DNA of 64,000 nt, from the NCBI RefSeq assembly GCF_009914755.1, contig NC_060926.1; one strand, given 5' to 3'. Under the pieces are notes generated by a model. That model saw nothing but the letters and a program-made list of their open reading frames with translations. It was not told the origin of the DNA and made no database searches. Positions within the stretch are counted from its first letter, which is position 1; each line of letters begins with the position of its first letter. This stretch comes from the human T2T-CHM13v2.0 reference genome, Homo sapiens. Of this stretch, positions 61,692-64,000 are shown in pieces. The position numbers and the translations under genes are program-made.

Positions 61692-61995
61692 GTTTTTTTT
61701 TTTTTTTTTTTTTTGAGACAGAATCTTACTCTGTCAACCAGGCTGGAGTGCAGTGGCATGATCTCAGCTCACTGCAACTTCCGCCTCCTGAGTTCAAGTG
61801 ATTCTCCTGCCTCAGCCTCCTAAGTAGCTGGGATTACAGGTGCCCAGCACCACGCCCAGCTAATTTTTGTATTTTTAGTAGAGATGGGGTTTCACCATGT
61901 TGGCCAGGCTGGTCTCGGACTCCTGACCTTGTGATCCACCCGCCTCAGCCTCCCAAAGTGCTGGGATTACAGGTGTGAGCCACTGTGCCTGGCCA
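61692..61995 (-). mobile_element. Alu (AluS-like)
   Basis: Poly(T) plus antisense dimer directly abutting the L1. Confidence 0.9.
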
Positions 61996-64000
61996 TGCCG
62001 AAGTTTTAATGGAAGTTAAATATAAGGAAAAACACCTGGGCCTGGCTCAGTTACTGTTAACAACTATTAATTACTTATTCTGAGAAGATGTGAGGGATAC
62101 ACATTGCTGCCCTCAAGGAGCTTGCAATCTAGTTGAAAACTATAATAGCACAAGAACAAAGACAACTCTATGAAATGGAAATAACATAGCATAATTACTG
62201 TCTGCCTATAGGTTACTACTTGCCCATAGCAAAATGGTGATTTTGAATTTTTGAAAGAACACTTTCCTTTCAGAAATGCAGAACAAATGTATTCACTTAG
62301 CAAAAAGTTATGGAATAACTACTATATGCCAAGAATTGCACTAAATACTAGGCATACAAAGATGGTTAAGACATTCCTCATACCCTCATTTCACTTGGAA
62401 AGAGGCAGTCTTAGAACAGAAGTCAGAATTAGCTGTACCAAGAAGAGCAAAGGTCTTCTAGGCATAGGACAACAGCAAGTGCAAAGGAAAAAAAAAGTGG
62501 TTTATAAATTGTTTGTTACTATTTTGAGCTCTGGAAAAGGGATATAAAGCCAATAATTTCTCTGGAAATACTTTCAAGGACAATATGATACCTAAGGAAT
62601 AATCAAAAGTAGAAAGTAGGTAAATTGAAAAGCTGTAGAAAAACAGCTATTATATAAAGTAGAAAGAAGAAAATAATATCATTTGAAAACATTAGCTAAA
62701 ATTGGATGCACAATGTGTAAGACTGAAAATAAAGCTAGTTTCATGTTCAAAAGCCTATGTATGCATCATAAAGTAAAGCCGACTAGTATATAAGCAGGAA
62801 ATATTAAAAGTGACATTGAAGGGTATCTCTTGCTTATTAAGGTTATGATTGCAAGTTTCTTTGGAGTATCTAATTAATTTGTTTTATGCTAAATGAAGTT
62901 CATTAATAATTTTCATCAGTTACTTTAATATAATTTTTAAACATCTTAAGTTTTGTAAAAATGGGCTATTGCTACAAAATGAGAAAAGTTCCCAAGGTGT
63001 ATAGTGAATATTTGTGTTTTGCTTTTCTTATATAGAAACTGTTGAAGTTTGAAAATGAGTCATAAATATCTATAGAAAAGAGTAATATCCCATAGTAATG
63101 TAAGATGTGAAAAAAGAAAACAATTGATATTTTCCTTTTTTATATGAGGATTTTCAAAATGTTAACTAATTTTGTTATTAATCATTTGGCTTTCTTGAAA
63201 AGAGATGCACTTGCAAATTTGTTACAGCAGATCAAGGAAAGGAGTTTTGCAACAGATGTCTGAATCGGAAAACTGCCTTGCAGAAGTAAAATAATCCAAT
63301 GAGTCATAACAATAGTATTGTTAATATGTGCTTTGGGTAGAGGGTTTTCAGTAGTATATTTTTTCCCTCCTGCTCTCGTCTTTTTTTGTGTTGTACCAAA
63401 TAAAGAATCAAGAAATGAAGTAACTAAAATGTCTAATTCTGGAGGGTGTGCTCACAGTTCACCACATTTCATTTAGATCATTAACTTTTTAAAAGCTTCA
63501 GATAGGCCAAGCTGTATCAATGCTGTCCCATCAGATCTATCACATTCATTATTAATACAATATTGCCCCCATCAGCATTGGTCTTGCACTGTGTCTCTTT
63601 TCACTTGGAAAGTATCATTTGCAAGTTACCTGAAATGTTTTTCATTTATTGACCTCATGCTGGTATGTGATTACCTTTTCCACTTCACATTGTTATGAGC
63701 TATTTGTGTCACATTTTACTACATCATAAGTTTAAATATTTTTAAGTAACTTTCTGCCAGGATAAAATATGTGCAAGGGTAGAAAATTTTTTCCTTGCTG
63801 ATTATTTAAACAGATTTGCAAGCCATTGACACTAGCTTATTTATGAGAACACTAAGTATACTCTGGAGTATTTCTGGCTTTCTGTTTAGCTTATAGTTAT
63901 GATTTTATTTTATGTTTCCACATATATTTCCTGTGGTTTTTTTCTTATTTATATACACTTATCTACTAAGTTGTTAGGTTTTATGTGTACTTTACTGATA

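Overview
Primate (human-like) genomic DNA spanning two divergently oriented genes. On the minus strand is NCKAP1 exon 1 with its CpG-island promoter (CDS 7121->7014). On the plus strand are DUSP19 exons 1-3 (47926-48151, 52499-52545, 56034-56186); the catalytic last exon is not in the window. The ~40 kb between them is rich in retroelements: a two-LTR HERV-H provirus (12796-18663, +) with an Alu in its 5' LTR, a convergent internally deleted HERV-K(HML-3)/MER9 provirus (19283-22778, -), two solo LTRs, a full-length KRT8 processed pseudogene (39787-41553, -) and many Alus. DUSP19 intron 3 holds a third solo LTR, an L1 3' end and a small mRNA retrocopy. I found no evidence of a wholly new multi-gene system. 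The observations most worth following up are: (1) a strong-Kozak uORF in frame with NCKAP1 and separated from it by a single stop; (2) a DUSP19 uORF whose stop overlaps the main ATG (TAATG); (3) a ~1.1 kb open gag-dUTPase-protease-integrase-tail fusion frame in the HML-3 provirus; (4) a TSD-flanked retrocopy of an unidentified 3'UTR in DUSP19 intron 3. Repeat subfamily names were assigned by eye and Alu/L2/MLT boundaries are approximate.
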